Positions 51,773 through 64,000 of a DNA stretch of 64,000 nt are shown piece by piece. The translations under genes were made by a program, and so were the position numbers. A model generated the notes under the pieces. The model was given only the letters and a program-made list of their open reading frames with translations. It had not been told where the DNA came from and made no database searches. How positions within the stretch are numbered: position 1 is the first letter of the stretch; each line of letters starts with the position of its first letter. The stretch comes from Eledone cirrhosa (Eukaryota). The stretch is from contig OZ024742.1 in assembly GCA_964016885.1 (NCBI GenBank), forward strand, positions 236,654,001 through 236,718,000. The letters run 5' to 3'.

Positions 51773-52930
51773 ATCATCATCATCATCATCGTTTAACGTC
51801 TATCTTCCACGCTAGCATGGGTTTAGACGGGAATTATCCCACTTGAGGCAAGATTTGTCGTCTCGCTCGTATAGGACTGTCTGGCAGGTTTTCTACGGCT
51901 GGATGCCCTTATGAGGCCTGGATGTTGTGGTACCAACATAACTTTACAGAGAACGGGGTGGGGTGGGGGTTGAGGTAGTGGGATGGGGATGTATATTTGA
52001 TTAAGAGGTGCCTACTGGCTGTAGGTTTCGCTTTGTACTTAGGCAAGGTGGGTCTTCTGTATTACTGCGTAGTGCCAAAGATCTCGGTCCAGTGACATTG
52101 TCTTAGAGAGGTGTGTGTAAGGTCGGAATTTATCAGATCGTCCCAGGGTCTGCCTACTCCGTAACTTCCATCTATTTTGATCGCCCTGCACTTTTTTATA
52201 CAGCTGTCGTCTTTCATGCGCATCACGTGACCGTACCAACGTAGTCTTCTCTCGAGTAAACAGCATCTGATCCCTCTTATTCCTAATTTCTCAATTAGTT
52301 CATTTATGCTTTGCTGTTCAATTATATTACTATTACACATCCAACGGAGCATCCATGCTTCTTTCCTCTCCAGTCTGCGCAGATTCTCTGCACACACTGC
52401 TCATGTCTCACTGCCATGTAACATTGCTGTTCGTATGCAGGCATCATACAGTCTGCCTTTCATTTTTAGAGAGAAATCTTTACCGGCCAATAGTGGTATA
52501 AGCTCCCTGAATTTTTCCATCCCGTTCTGACTTTCAGAGCTACTGTACTTTCAGAGCACCCTCCACCACTGCTGATTTTGTCACCCAGGTAACGGAAGGT
52601 GTCTACTATTTCTATAGAGCCATCTGGGCAATAGAAATAGCTAGTATCCTGTGGGCACAAGCTACTTATTGCACCTGAGCACCGGCCACATATAAAATTT
52701 ACGTTCTTAGATAGCTTACCTGTGATCCCACTAGATCCTTTTATGCACCCATACTTTGCATTTGGGACATAACATGGAATTTCAGCCTACTCCTTTCCTA
52801 CACACTGAGCATGGCCATACCCCAGAGGGGACTTGTGCCCTATTTTCCTTCCTACATACTAGAACTTTAGTCTTAGACAAGTTAACTTTAAAGGCTTTTG
52901 ATTCTAGGCCATGCTTCCATGTTTGGAATT
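51773..52930 (-). mobile_element. Decayed RTE-clade LINE 3' fragment
   Basis: KVNLSKTKVL, FRYLGD, LERKEAWMLRWMC, RRLRWYGHVMRM in broken frames, with an (ATG)n tail at about 51773-51790. Confidence 0.85.
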
Positions 52931-53121
52931 TCTTATACATATATATAATATATACATAAATATAATATATACATATACACATATACATATACACATATAC
53001 ACATATATACATATTATTTATATATTATATTCATATATATAGATATAAATTATATACATATTTATATATATAATATAGTTATAGGAATAACCAAAGAGTA
53101 CTTAGAAATACATTGTTTTAT

Positions 53122-53170
53122 TAACTAACAGTGTTTCATCCATACACCATGGCAGGAATCATCAGAGCCT
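53122..53170 (-). ncRNA. Hammerhead motif (left arm of 53076-54406 inverted element)
   Basis: aggct-CTGATGA-ttcctgccatggtgtatggat-GAAA-cactg-TT-agtt. Confidence 0.78.
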
Positions 53171-54310
53171 ATAAACATGAGTATATCAGTAGTTGCATGC
53201 TCCATCGAGCTGTGTCACCAGAACAAGGTTAAAGGACCAGCAGGGGGGGGGGGGGGGTCCCGAGGCCAGCGCTATATGGAAAAAGGGAGAATACATGATG
53301 CACATAATGTCATAAAATGTTTTTTAAAGTTTTTAATTTAAAAATTTAAAATAAAAAATTACACCAAAACTTTATCACTTAAATGGTGCAATAGATGATA
53401 AAGAGGTTGGGAGAGGTAGCAAGGGAAGAGTGAGGGTATTACTCAGCATGATCAGAAACAATAAGAAAATAATAAAAAAAATAATAAAAAAGTGCAAAAA
53501 TACAGGGATAATAAAAGAGATAAATATAAAAATACAAAACAATAAAGGAACAAAAAACCCAGAGACCCCAAAGAAATATAGGACAAAGCAAAGCATAGAT
53601 GCATCAAAGCAGAAGCAGTGCAAATAGAGGTTGTACAGCAGATGAAGAGAGTTTGCAAGCATGAGTCTGTGAAAAGAATAGTTGGTTAGCAGTGGTGCAG
53701 CCTTACATGTATGATAGTCCATATGAGGGAGTACACTCCAATTATATCGCCTTGTAACAAGTCGATTCTCATGATCATATCCGCGCCCTACAAACCACAT
53801 CGATATGTTCCAGTTTCGAACGTTAAGTGAGATAACACTCTTTTTCCAAAACCTATACGCAGGGGATTTATCACCATAGGCGGTCTGGGGTAAACACCCA
53901 AAATCCAAAATAAAAAATAAAAGAAAGTACGACGAGTTAAAGAAATGTATGGTACATATACAGCCGGCGCAGATGTGAGGAAATTGAAAACACGCCAGGT
54001 CCGCAGAAACTGGCATTCCCCCAAATCCTCACGTTCAGTCGCTCAATCCAACGTGCCAGTTGAAATTCACTGTATGTCCAAGTTGGCGTTCAATCAATAT
54101 ACCGCACCGCATACAACTAACTACCGTTGTGTGTTATGAGCGAGAGACTAATTTAAAATTTTAAAGACATTTTATGACATTATGTGCATCATGGATTCTC
54201 ACTTTTTCCATATAGCGCTGGCCTCGGGACCTCCCCCCTGCTGGTCCTTTAACCTTGTTCTGGTGACGCAGCTCGATGGAGCATGCAACTACTGATATAC
54301 TCATGTTTAT

Positions 54311-54359
54311 AGGCTCTGATGATTCCTGCCATGGTGTATTGATGAAACACTGTTAGCTA
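54311..54359 (+). ncRNA. Hammerhead motif (right arm)
   Basis: aggct-CTGATGA-ttcctgccatggtgtattgat-GAAA-cactg-TT-agct. Confidence 0.75.
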
Positions 54360-54837
54360 ATAAAACAATGTATTTCTAAGTACTCTTTGGTTATTCCTAT
54401 AACTATAACGGCTCTGTAGTATACTAGTTATCCTACATTGAGCTAAAACCACACTGTCATACCAAGTGCAATATATCTGCATGTCTGGGCATATTGATAT
54501 ATTTGTCAACGAAATATATATAATATATACATATATATATATATATTATATACATATAAACACACACATATATATATTATATACATATATATATTATATT
54601 ATATACATATATATATATTATATAAATGTATATATATATATATTATATATATAATATGTACAATATATGCATATATATATACATATATATATATTACATA
54701 TAATATATACATATATATCATATTTACATATATATGATATACATATATATATTATATATAAATAAACATATATATAATATATATATATATATATATCTAC
54801 ATATATATATATCTACATATATATATATATATATAAA

Positions 54838-55083
54838 GTGACACAGAGGAGACTGAGGTTAGCTGGATATGCTCACCGACATCCAGAGTTGACATTGCAC
54901 TCAGTGCTCCTTTGGGAGCCCCTACATGGACACACTAGCAGAGGAAGACCAAGGTTAACGTATGTTGATACCCTAAGGACAGACACTGGTCTGTTGGAGA
55001 CGCAGGACATAGCAGCGATAATGAGGGACAGAGACCGCTGGAGAGAACTCGTCCATGGATCTCGGGAATTTTACCCGCCTTAG
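54838..55083 (+). mobile_element. RTE-like LINE 3' fragment within (TA)n
   Basis: QRRLRLAGYAHRH...LLWEP..GHTSRGRPRLTYVDTL; near-identical to 28263-28433. Confidence 0.82.
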
Positions 55084-55100
55084 AATAGAAAAAATATATC

Positions 55101-55144
<44 letters not shown>

Positions 55145-55206
55145 TCAGCCAGGTGGTGGTATTAAGTTAGACATGGCTGGGCCGAAACCTATCAAAGTTA
55201 TCAAAG

Positions 55207-55273
<67 letters not shown>

Positions 55274-57829
55274 TATAATACATTATTTAGTTGTGTCAAG
55301 GTCCAATTATGTCCATCTCCCCAGATTGTGCACAGTTCAGCAGAGTGGAAGTGCAATCCTATTTTGTGACCCAGTCATCAGGCTTCGAATATACCGTTAA
55401 AAGATAGAAACAATGTCTCTTGGTACCGTATCCTGTAAGTAATTTTATTTGGAACTCCTTTAATCATTTAATTGCCAAACCTTTTTGCTATGCTAGTTCT
55501 CCTGTCATTGTTTCTGAAAGAATGGAGATACGAGTAAAATCGTTGTTTTAAATGATCTTGTATCATACCCCCAAATCTTTAGCTGAGTTCATAATTTTCT
55601 GTGGTGGTGTGTGTAAACTCTGCCTCATAGATTTGATATTGCATTTCTGTTGCAGACGGCAGTTCTCCTTAATTTTCCAAGAGCAGTATATTCAAACTTA
55701 TCCAAGTCACAAATTTGGACGCTTTTTCAAACTGCGTCACAGTGGGCAATCTGGAGAGATGGTCATAACTAGATCTTGAAACCATAAGTAGCGCTTTTTG
55801 ACTCGTGTATGAATATAAATATATAATATAATATTTCAGCTATCACACCAAATTGAGCACAGTTTTCCTTTTCCCCATCCAGCGATATTTTACTACATAC
55901 ACACAGGGCTGGATTTAATGTGGGGCAATTGTCCCGGGTCTCCTGCAATAGGGGGCTGCACCAGCGACGGCGTAGCAATTTATTTGTGCTCTCAGCTGGG
56001 CATTTTTAGTTTTAGGATGGTTAGAATTTTTGAATTTAAAACCTGTTTGTATAACTTTTCAATTCCAATTACTTGCGCCAAGCTAACTTTGATATGTAAA
56101 ATTAGGTGTATGAGCCCCCCCCCCCGAATCTGTAGTGCCCTGGGGCTCCTAAGGTCTAACTGTAACCCCATATACACATGTATATTATTATATAATATAT
56201 ATATATATAATTAGTTATAGTCATACATACGTATACGCTAAATATATATAAATATATGTGTGTGTGTGTATGTATTTACGGTTGTTTCCACGTGTTTGTA
56301 CCTTAGTGTGTGAATGAGTTTCATATGCAAGAAAGGTTCTTTTCTTTAAGGAAGGTGCCACCTAAGAGGTTGTATCACTGATTCTTCAGGAATGTGTTAT
56401 CAGGAAGACGAGAAAGAAATAAAAAAAATTATTCTACGACTCTACTTCATTAAGCTTTAATCATTTCCGTGTTATTTTTTAAATATATATTTCATTAAAA
56501 ACAAAAAAAAAATTTTATATATCAAATATTACAGGACAGCGCGTTCATAGAATCGGTAGAGCGGGAGGAAAAACTGCTTGGCGGCATTTAGTTATGTCTA
56601 TTTAATTTCTGGATTCAAACGTCACTAATAGTTGTGTCAAATGCAAATCAATGACACGCACACACACACAGACACACACACATATAAATACATGACAAAT
56701 TTCCTCGACCTGATTCACTCACAATTCTTTGGTTAACATTCATTCTTCATTTACTGAAGATACTACAATTTTAGCCATCTCCTCCAAAAACTGTTATGCC
56801 AACATCAGAATCATCATATTTGATGTTGCAGGTCCTCAAATCTGTGGAGTGATGGTGTATATTTATTTAGTATTTAGTTATCTGCCTTGAGCTCTTTTTT
56901 AAATCAACATCGTCATTTATTATCCTAACTGCTGATAGGTGAATCGACTACAACCACCCCTTAAAATGTGTGACCAAAACATTATACTGTCTTTCACATC
57001 TGGTCTACTATTGGATAAAAAAAAATCAGTAATTTACTAGGATTAGTTCAGTCAAGTAGAATCTTTCCTTTACAAAGAGTGACTTATGTTTCTTGAAAAT
57101 ATAAACAAGAAAAAGAAATGAGCTGCTGATTATGGTTAAAGTTCGCAGTAGTTATTTTGTATATAAATATAGTTTGTTTATATTTGAATGCATTAGTTGT
57201 TTCACATCCTGATAATTTAAAACGATTATATTTTCGTTTGGATGTATTCAGTATGACAAAGTAAATTACAAATGTAAACAAAATACACAATTTGAATAAA
57301 AACAGAGGAAGGAAGGAGCTGATCATCGGATCAGACAAAGGTAACAACATTTCCATTGGGTTTGCTATTGCTGATACTGTCTGTCGGTTGAATGTCCTAG
57401 AAGAAGGAGAAACGTGTGGTATTTTTTTTTATTCTAAAGAACACAGCGTGACTCATAGTCTAGAAATGGAACCCATGATGTTATGGTCTTGATTCCAACA
57501 CCTCAACCAGTAATCCACGTGCCTTCACTAAATGCAACCGAAAAATATTTATATTCACAAAAAAGTACTTCGCATAGTTAGTGTGCTCTGCTAATGAACA
57601 TATGGTCGTGGGTTCGATTCCTTGTGATAGATTGGGTCATTGAGCTAGACCCATTATTTCACCTTGCTCTAGTCTACTCACTAGCAAAATCAAACTGAGA
57701 ATTGAACATGCGATGTATTGAGTTGCTTTATTCAGTCCTTTCCTTTTTATGCATGAGAAAACAATAATTTCCATGTAAGTATATATATACCCCGCCCCCT
57801 TTTCTATAAATATATATAATCAAAGCAGA

Positions 57830-57914
57830 GGTCCGACGAGCTTTTGATTTCAGAGTCGGGCTAGATCGATACAGATCGAAGCTTAAGCTCATCAATAACG
57901 AAACGCGCGTCACT
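57830..57914 (+). ncRNA. Variant hammerhead-like motif (CCGACGA core, ~60-nt domain II)
   Basis: ggt-CCGACGA-gcttttgatttcagagt...gatcgatacagatc...-GAAA-cgcgcg-TC-act. Confidence 0.55.
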
Positions 57915-58113
57915 ACTCATTAAACGTAATGAAGACATAACAAATCATCCTTTTTACTATTATTATAATTGCACTCTGCTTAGTTCTACACCTCTATACC
58001 GACTGGAAACTATGCATCGAGTGCTCACTCTGGTGAACCTGCAGTAACTGGACATTCATTACATTACCCCCCCCCCCTCTCTACTCTTTCCCTCTCTACT
58101 CTCCCGCTCCCCC

Positions 58114-58153
<40 letters not shown>

Positions 58154-58185
58154 TAGTTATGTAATAAACAACATAAGATAATTAT

Positions 58186-58243
58186 TTCATTTACCAGTGG
58201 TTTCTTGAAGACAGATGTATTTGTCTTCAGTCGTCAGAATGAA
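58186..58243 (-). ncRNA. Hammerhead motif in PLE pseudo-LTR, intact core
   Basis: ttcatt-CTGACGA-ctgaagacaaatacatctgtcttcaa-GAAA-ccactgg-TA-aatgaa. Confidence 0.85.
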
Positions 58244-58649
58244 TAAAAAAAACATGGTCTTTTTATTAAATATGGATTTAAAATTTAGGAAATATGAAAG
58301 TGAGGCTGAAAATCACCGGCGAAAGGAAATAGGAAAAAAAAAATATATATATATATATATATAATAAATGTTCGGTAAACCCATACGTACATGTGTATAT
58401 GTGTGCATGTATGTATGTATATACATACTAGTGTACGTCTGTATACATATATGTATGTACGTATACATACTTATATTTAAGTATCAGGCGTACTAAGAGT
58501 GAGAAATGAAATTTCATTTTTTCCATTTATCGTTTTCGGTACGCCCGGCCGACTAACTCACTCGATATGCAAATTAGGCTGCTTAGCCGTTAATATGCAT
58601 AAGGAAAGTATATACTTTCAAACGTTCAATCGACTGACAGGAATGTATA

Positions 58650-58690
58650 CGGTGCTGATGACAGCTAATTAGCTAGAAACTAGTTCATCG
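58650..58690 (+). ncRNA. Minimal hammerhead with palindromic stems II and III
   Basis: cggtg-CTGATGA-cagctaattagcta-GAAA-ctag-TT-catcg, lying between ~160-bp direct repeats at 58362-58520 and 58783-58945. Confidence 0.85.
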
Positions 58691-58950
58691 TTCCTTTGTC
58701 AGTGTTGAACAAAAGGGCAATGATGGTTGCCGAACACTGTACGGCATAATTCGGGCTGTTTGTTTACAAACAAACCGAACATTATAATAAATGTTCGGTA
58801 AACCCATACGTACATGTGTATATGTGTGCATGTATGTATGTATATACATACGACTGTACGTCTGTATACATATATGTATGTACGCATACATACGTGTATT
58901 TAAGTGTCAGGCGTACTAAGAGTGAGAAATGAAATTTTATTTTTTCCAAG

Positions 58951-59045
<95 letters not shown>

Positions 59046-59661
59046 AGCAAAAACAAAATAAAGTAAAAGAAGGGGCACGTGTTGATAACGATAGGTGTGA
59101 GTGGGGGGGGGGATAAACAAATAAAAACAACTTAAATATAAACAAATACACAAGATATGCATATATATATATATATATATATATTCACGTACATACACAT
59201 ACATAAACATATACACACATGCAAACACACACGCATATATATGTGTATATATGTATATAAAATAGATATACGTACACAAACACACACATGTGCATGCATA
59301 TACATATATATACACATATATAAACGCATATATATACACATACACATACATATATATAAACACACATGCATACATACAAAAACACACACATCCACATGCA
59401 TACACATACAAAAAACCCTACAATCAATAAATGAATTTCAAAGGTACATAACCCAAGTACATACGTACACATACGCGTGTGCACACACTCACGCAATAAG
59501 AAATTAACGCACGCATACAAATAAAGATATGCGTAAGTCCATACACGCATATATAAACATATGTGCAAAAAAAATATATACACAAACAGATGCATACATA
59601 AATACAAATACATATAAATAAATATATACATACATATCTATAAATACACATATACACACAA

Positions 59662-59692
<31 letters not shown>

Positions 59693-60638
59693 CACACACA
59701 TACACATACATACACACACACATATATAATTAAAAACACGTAAATATGTAAGTACATATAAGTCTGTCTGCATATGCGCCCACATACAACTTTAAGTGAG
59801 TACACTTAAAAACCTAGTGCGTAAGTAAGAGTGAAATAAAATAATAAAAATAATTAATAAAAACAGGTAAGGAAGAAGGGGGGGGGGTGTAAAAGAGGGT
59901 AAGTATTTGTGATGAGATCTGGATAAGGGTATATAGTTAAAAAGTGATCTGGGTAAAGGATAAAGTTATGTATGTATTAAAGGTATGGTAAATAGTAGGG
60001 AGGTATAAGTAAAAAGAAATATAGAGAGAGATGAGGGTAAGGAAATTGGTAGTGGGTGTAAGGCGTGATGAGTAAAGAAGAAGCTCAAGATGATTGATTA
60101 ATCGTAGGTATGTTAATCCAGTTAAAAAGTAGATGCGATTTCAGGTGTGGACAACATCTAAAGATCTCGGTCTTAGAGTTGAGACAAGTGGTGGGGGTTT
60201 TCAAGTTTTGGAGAATTCTAAATTTTTCCGTGGTAATGCGTGCGTGTTTGCATGTATGTATAGTTATATATGTATCTGTATGTATATGTGTGTATGTATG
60301 TGTATATATTGTTCTTATTTATTTTTTTTATTTAGTTATTTCTGCTTGTATATATCTGTGTATATGTATGTGTATGTATTTTTGTATATATCTGTGTATA
60401 TGTATGTGTATGTATTTATGTTGCTGTCCATATTTCTTTGTAGACGCTAATACTTTTGTGTGAGGTTACGTCTACATACTTATATATTTTATTATTTTTT
60501 GTGAGGTTACGTCTACATATATATATTTTATTATTTTGTTCCCCTATTTCCTTTTCGCCGGTTTTTTTCAGCCTCACTTTCATATTTCCTAAATTTTATT
60601 TTCAAATCCATATTTAATAAAAACACCATGCTTTTTTA

Positions 60639-60699
60639 TTCTTTCTGGCGACTGAAGACAGATACAACATCTGTCTTCAAGAAACCACTGGTAAATGAA
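60639..60699 (+). ncRNA. Core-mutated hammerhead copy (inverted partner of 58186)
   Basis: CTGGCGA in place of CTGACGA. Confidence 0.75.
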
Positions 60700-60796
60700 A
60701 TAATTATCTTATGTTGTTTATTACATAACTAATAAGCTCTCTAGCCTACATAGAGCACTCTTTTTTCCTGTACCTTTACCTTTCCGACGGAAATAC

Positions 60797-60884
<88 letters not shown>

Positions 60885-62285
60885 AAATAAATAAATTAGA
60901 CAATTATCAAAGTTGTGTTCAAATCATTTAAAAGCTGCCAATCGTTTCTTCCAAACTCTCATTTGGAATCATCGGAGCATTATCAATGTTTGTACATGTA
61001 ATTAACCTCCCATTCAACTGAACAATAATATAGATACATATATATTGATGTTGTGAGCAACAGTTTCGTATTTACATGGTGGAATGGATGTGACATATAT
61101 TTTACGAGAATTGTACAAAAATTCAAATTCAAATTAAAAGCACAGAGTGGAATACATGCAACAGATAATACAAGAGAATAGTCTAATAATTAAAGAGGCA
61201 TTGTGAAAGGAGCTTTGAGAAAGAAAGAGTGCATTAGCAATACATATGCAGGTGTGTAGAAAGTGCACATGCGTTAGTCATATATATGAGAAGGAAATAA
61301 GCAAAGTTATTATGCATATATAGCTAAATAAATACTGTATTTTAAGCAAAAATGTAATGTATTAAAATCTAAGGTGGACGTAGTATGTTGATAGTGTTTG
61401 AATTTGTGTGTGTTGAGGAGAATAAAGTTATTGCAGTCTCTTCCATTACATATGCTGAATTATATTTTAGTTAATGTTTATATTGAATGTTAGTTAAAGC
61501 AATGGATTGTAAATTAGTCTTATTGTATTCATATACATGGACTATAGCTGTTTAACAGGTAGGTTTTCCAACGGTTAAAATTTCCGGAAGGGAGTAAGGG
61601 GAGCTAATGCGTAAGGGGAGGTAACTAGCTAATTAAATTCAGTTATTCAAAATCTTTGCTCTAATACACATTATAATGTGATACAATTGAATCTCTATTA
61701 CATAATGCTATACATTTATACTTGATTTTAAATACAGTGTATTTTATTATAATACATTAAAGGTCCCTTAAGATTATTATCTATTCATTACTGGACAAGA
61801 TATATGTTATGGAAAATAGCTGTTTATATGTCTAACTAGATATATCATTTGTGTAATAATATACATTATTGTTTAAAAATGAATCGCTTATATACAATGC
61901 TATTACATTATATATTTAATTATAAATGTATATATACTTTATTATTATTACATTGTGTTAAAGGTAGATGCCGTATATACATGTTATTAATTTAAGTATT
62001 TAATTATATAAATGTATATATAGTTTATTATTACATATTACATTAAATGTCTCTACATATTAAATATCCATTACTTTATATAATATAATTAAGCTATATT
62101 AGTTATACCAAAAGGTGGTAACTTTATGTTTAATTCTAACAGTTATTGCAGAGTATAAGGTTAGAGGCGTATAGGAGTTGTGTAGATGAAAGAGCTGATC
62201 GAAGAGTGTGTAGTTGTGGGGCTGATAAGTCCTGGATGTGAAGTGTTAATGGTGGTGGGGAATTCAAATCTGACATTGATATATA

Positions 62286-64000
62286 CTAACAGCTAGGTTT
62301 AAAGTTATGGAACGAGTGACGGTATCGGTGTTGGCACGAGGAAAATGTCTCTGACTTTCTATTAAGGAGGTCTAGTTTCGAAAGGATTATAGTATGGGTC
62401 TCTAGAAGACAGAGATTACACAATTTATTCGGCGGTGTATACGATGAGGCCCGACCTACTACTTCCCATTGCAGTGTAAATGGTCTATTTCTAGTTTTCA
62501 GAGAGTGTACGTAGTTAGATAAAGAAGTGGAGTTGGCTATATTGTGATTTTTGAAAGAGTGGAGGTGCGAGTTATATCTCGTCTTGAAGCTGTTCGAAGT
62601 AGAGCCGATATATGTTTTAGAAGAGTTGTTTGCGTTGACGGTCCGGGAGTAGATGATGTCTTTGGTTAAGCAATTATTACCTAATGGGCGAGTTCTATTA
62701 GTTCTACAGTTACATTTATTCTGGATGTTAGCTTGCCAGTTCCTATGTTGTGAAGAATTGTGGTTGCTAGGGATAGCACTAGGGTAATAATGTCTGTCAT
62801 TCGTATTGTTATTGTTTTCATTAGTGCTATTATCAATATTACTATTATTACTACTATTGTTTACAGGTACTAAGTTTACCTCCTGTTGTGTTTTAATTAG
62901 TTGGAAATAATTATTAATCTTCCTTTTATTACTACTAGCTATATGGTATGCTATGTTAGGTGTGGTGGAGTACGAAATTTTAATTGTATTTTTATTGATA
63001 AGGTTATGGTACCTGTGGCCGGACGGGAAGTTTTTTTCTAAGATTGAGAAGAAAGCCTTAGGCAAGTTGGTTGAGACGTTTAGATTGAAAGGGGGATTGA
63101 AGATTGTATTAGTTCTCCTATTTTTGTTTATAATATTGTTTTTGAGGTATTTATATCCCTGTTTATATTATTATTGTGGTGTTTACTTTGGTGCGAGTTA
63201 AGTTTGGTATTATCCTTCGTACTAGAGTTATAGTGGCTAGTGTTTTTATTATTTTCCCCATGGCCATATTATGAGAAATAATGTTGTAACTATGTGATTT
63301 TATAGGTAGGAATTCAATCTCATTCTTATGTCCTGATTTAGCTAAGGCCTCATTATAGTATTGCGAATTATTGTTAAATATGGTTTCATTATATGATAGA
63401 TTAGAGATTCTATTAGATATTCCTTTAGTAATGGAGTTTAATATGGATTTAGGGTGGTGAGAGTTGGTATTCACATAAATTAGTTTTTCGTTAGGTTTAT
63501 GATAGGGTATGTATATTTTAGAGTCTAGGCAAAGGGTAGCATCAAAGAAGTTGACGTTTTTAGTGTTTCTATCTAAGGTGATATTTAAGTTGAAGTTTTT
63601 GAAAATGTTGTGTAATTGTTTCCTAGTTTTTTCTATATTAAAATGTTTATAGTCTATAAGGAGAAGTGCATCATCGCGGTATAAACCACCGTTGAGGTAG
63701 GGTAGGTTCTTATGAATTTCATTAAGTCGATATAGGCCCACCAAATCAGTGTCCTGCGCCGAGTCACTAGATCCCATAGTTATGTCAAAGGTGTTATGCG
63801 TATCCTTGCGGGTCCATAATTGGTCTGCAAATGTAATAATGGGTTTTGTGCCGCAAGTATGACATCAATTTGGGATCTAGTCAGGTCACTATTGTTCATG
63901 GTCATAATTAAAGCCTTATTTAATAGGATAGGGGAAATTGAGGTGTAGTATGAATTGATATCAAATTGTATATTTTTTTTATTTTTACTCTCTTTAATAC
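62286..64000 (-). pseudogene. Penelope-like retroelement ORF, frameshifted (RT and GIY-YIG endonuclease), running off the window
   Basis: RT motifs MGSSDSA..DLVGLY, GGLYRDD, NFFDATL, PYHKPN. GIY-YIG region CNC...KTYIGSTSNSFKTRYNSH...CNLCLLE...LNRKSE...CQH. Split over several frames. Confidence 0.9.

Larger units (their letters stand above)
58153..60733 (-). mobile_element. 5'-truncated PLE insertion with inverted pseudo-LTR arms
   Basis: 58153-58340 and 60540-60733 are inverted copies, each with an HHR. Minus strand 60237-60085 reads ITTEKFRILQNLKTPTTCLNSKTEIFRCCPHLKSH, matching the PLE GIY-YIG C-terminus (LNxKxE...CxH) seen at 62.3 kb. Confidence 0.75.

Noticed and set aside
53375-54016. 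213-aa hydrophobic ORF
   Set aside because: Produced by a T-rich strand inside the inverted-arm element; no recognisable domain.

Overview
Eukaryotic, AT-rich, microsatellite-saturated DNA. The SINE types and (TA)n/(CA)n load suggest a coleoid cephalopod such as Octopus; this is inference, not shown. The only host gene is the 3' part of a Tbx1/10 (org-1) T-box gene on the + strand: five spliced exons from 827 to a stop at 49065, with one 44.4-kb intron (1101-45548). The window also holds an apparently intact 5.8-kb Tx1-clade L1 retrotransposon in a (TCTA)n tract, Dong/R4 and RTE LINE fragments, a decayed Penelope-like element (PLE), hAT, mariner and piggyBac MITEs, a non-autonomous Helitron and many tRNA-derived SINEs. 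The main hidden signal is about 18 minimal type-I hammerhead ribozyme (HHR) motifs, read by eye, from about 8 or more sequence families. Most lie in short non-coding fold-back or direct-repeat modules inserted in (TA)n tracts, and one module still carries the tip of a PLE GIY-YIG ORF. Twelve of these HHRs lie inside the Tbx1 intron. In three of four inverted HHR pairs the + strand copy has a mutated catalytic core. Nearly all short ORFs in the supplied track are microsatellite artefacts.
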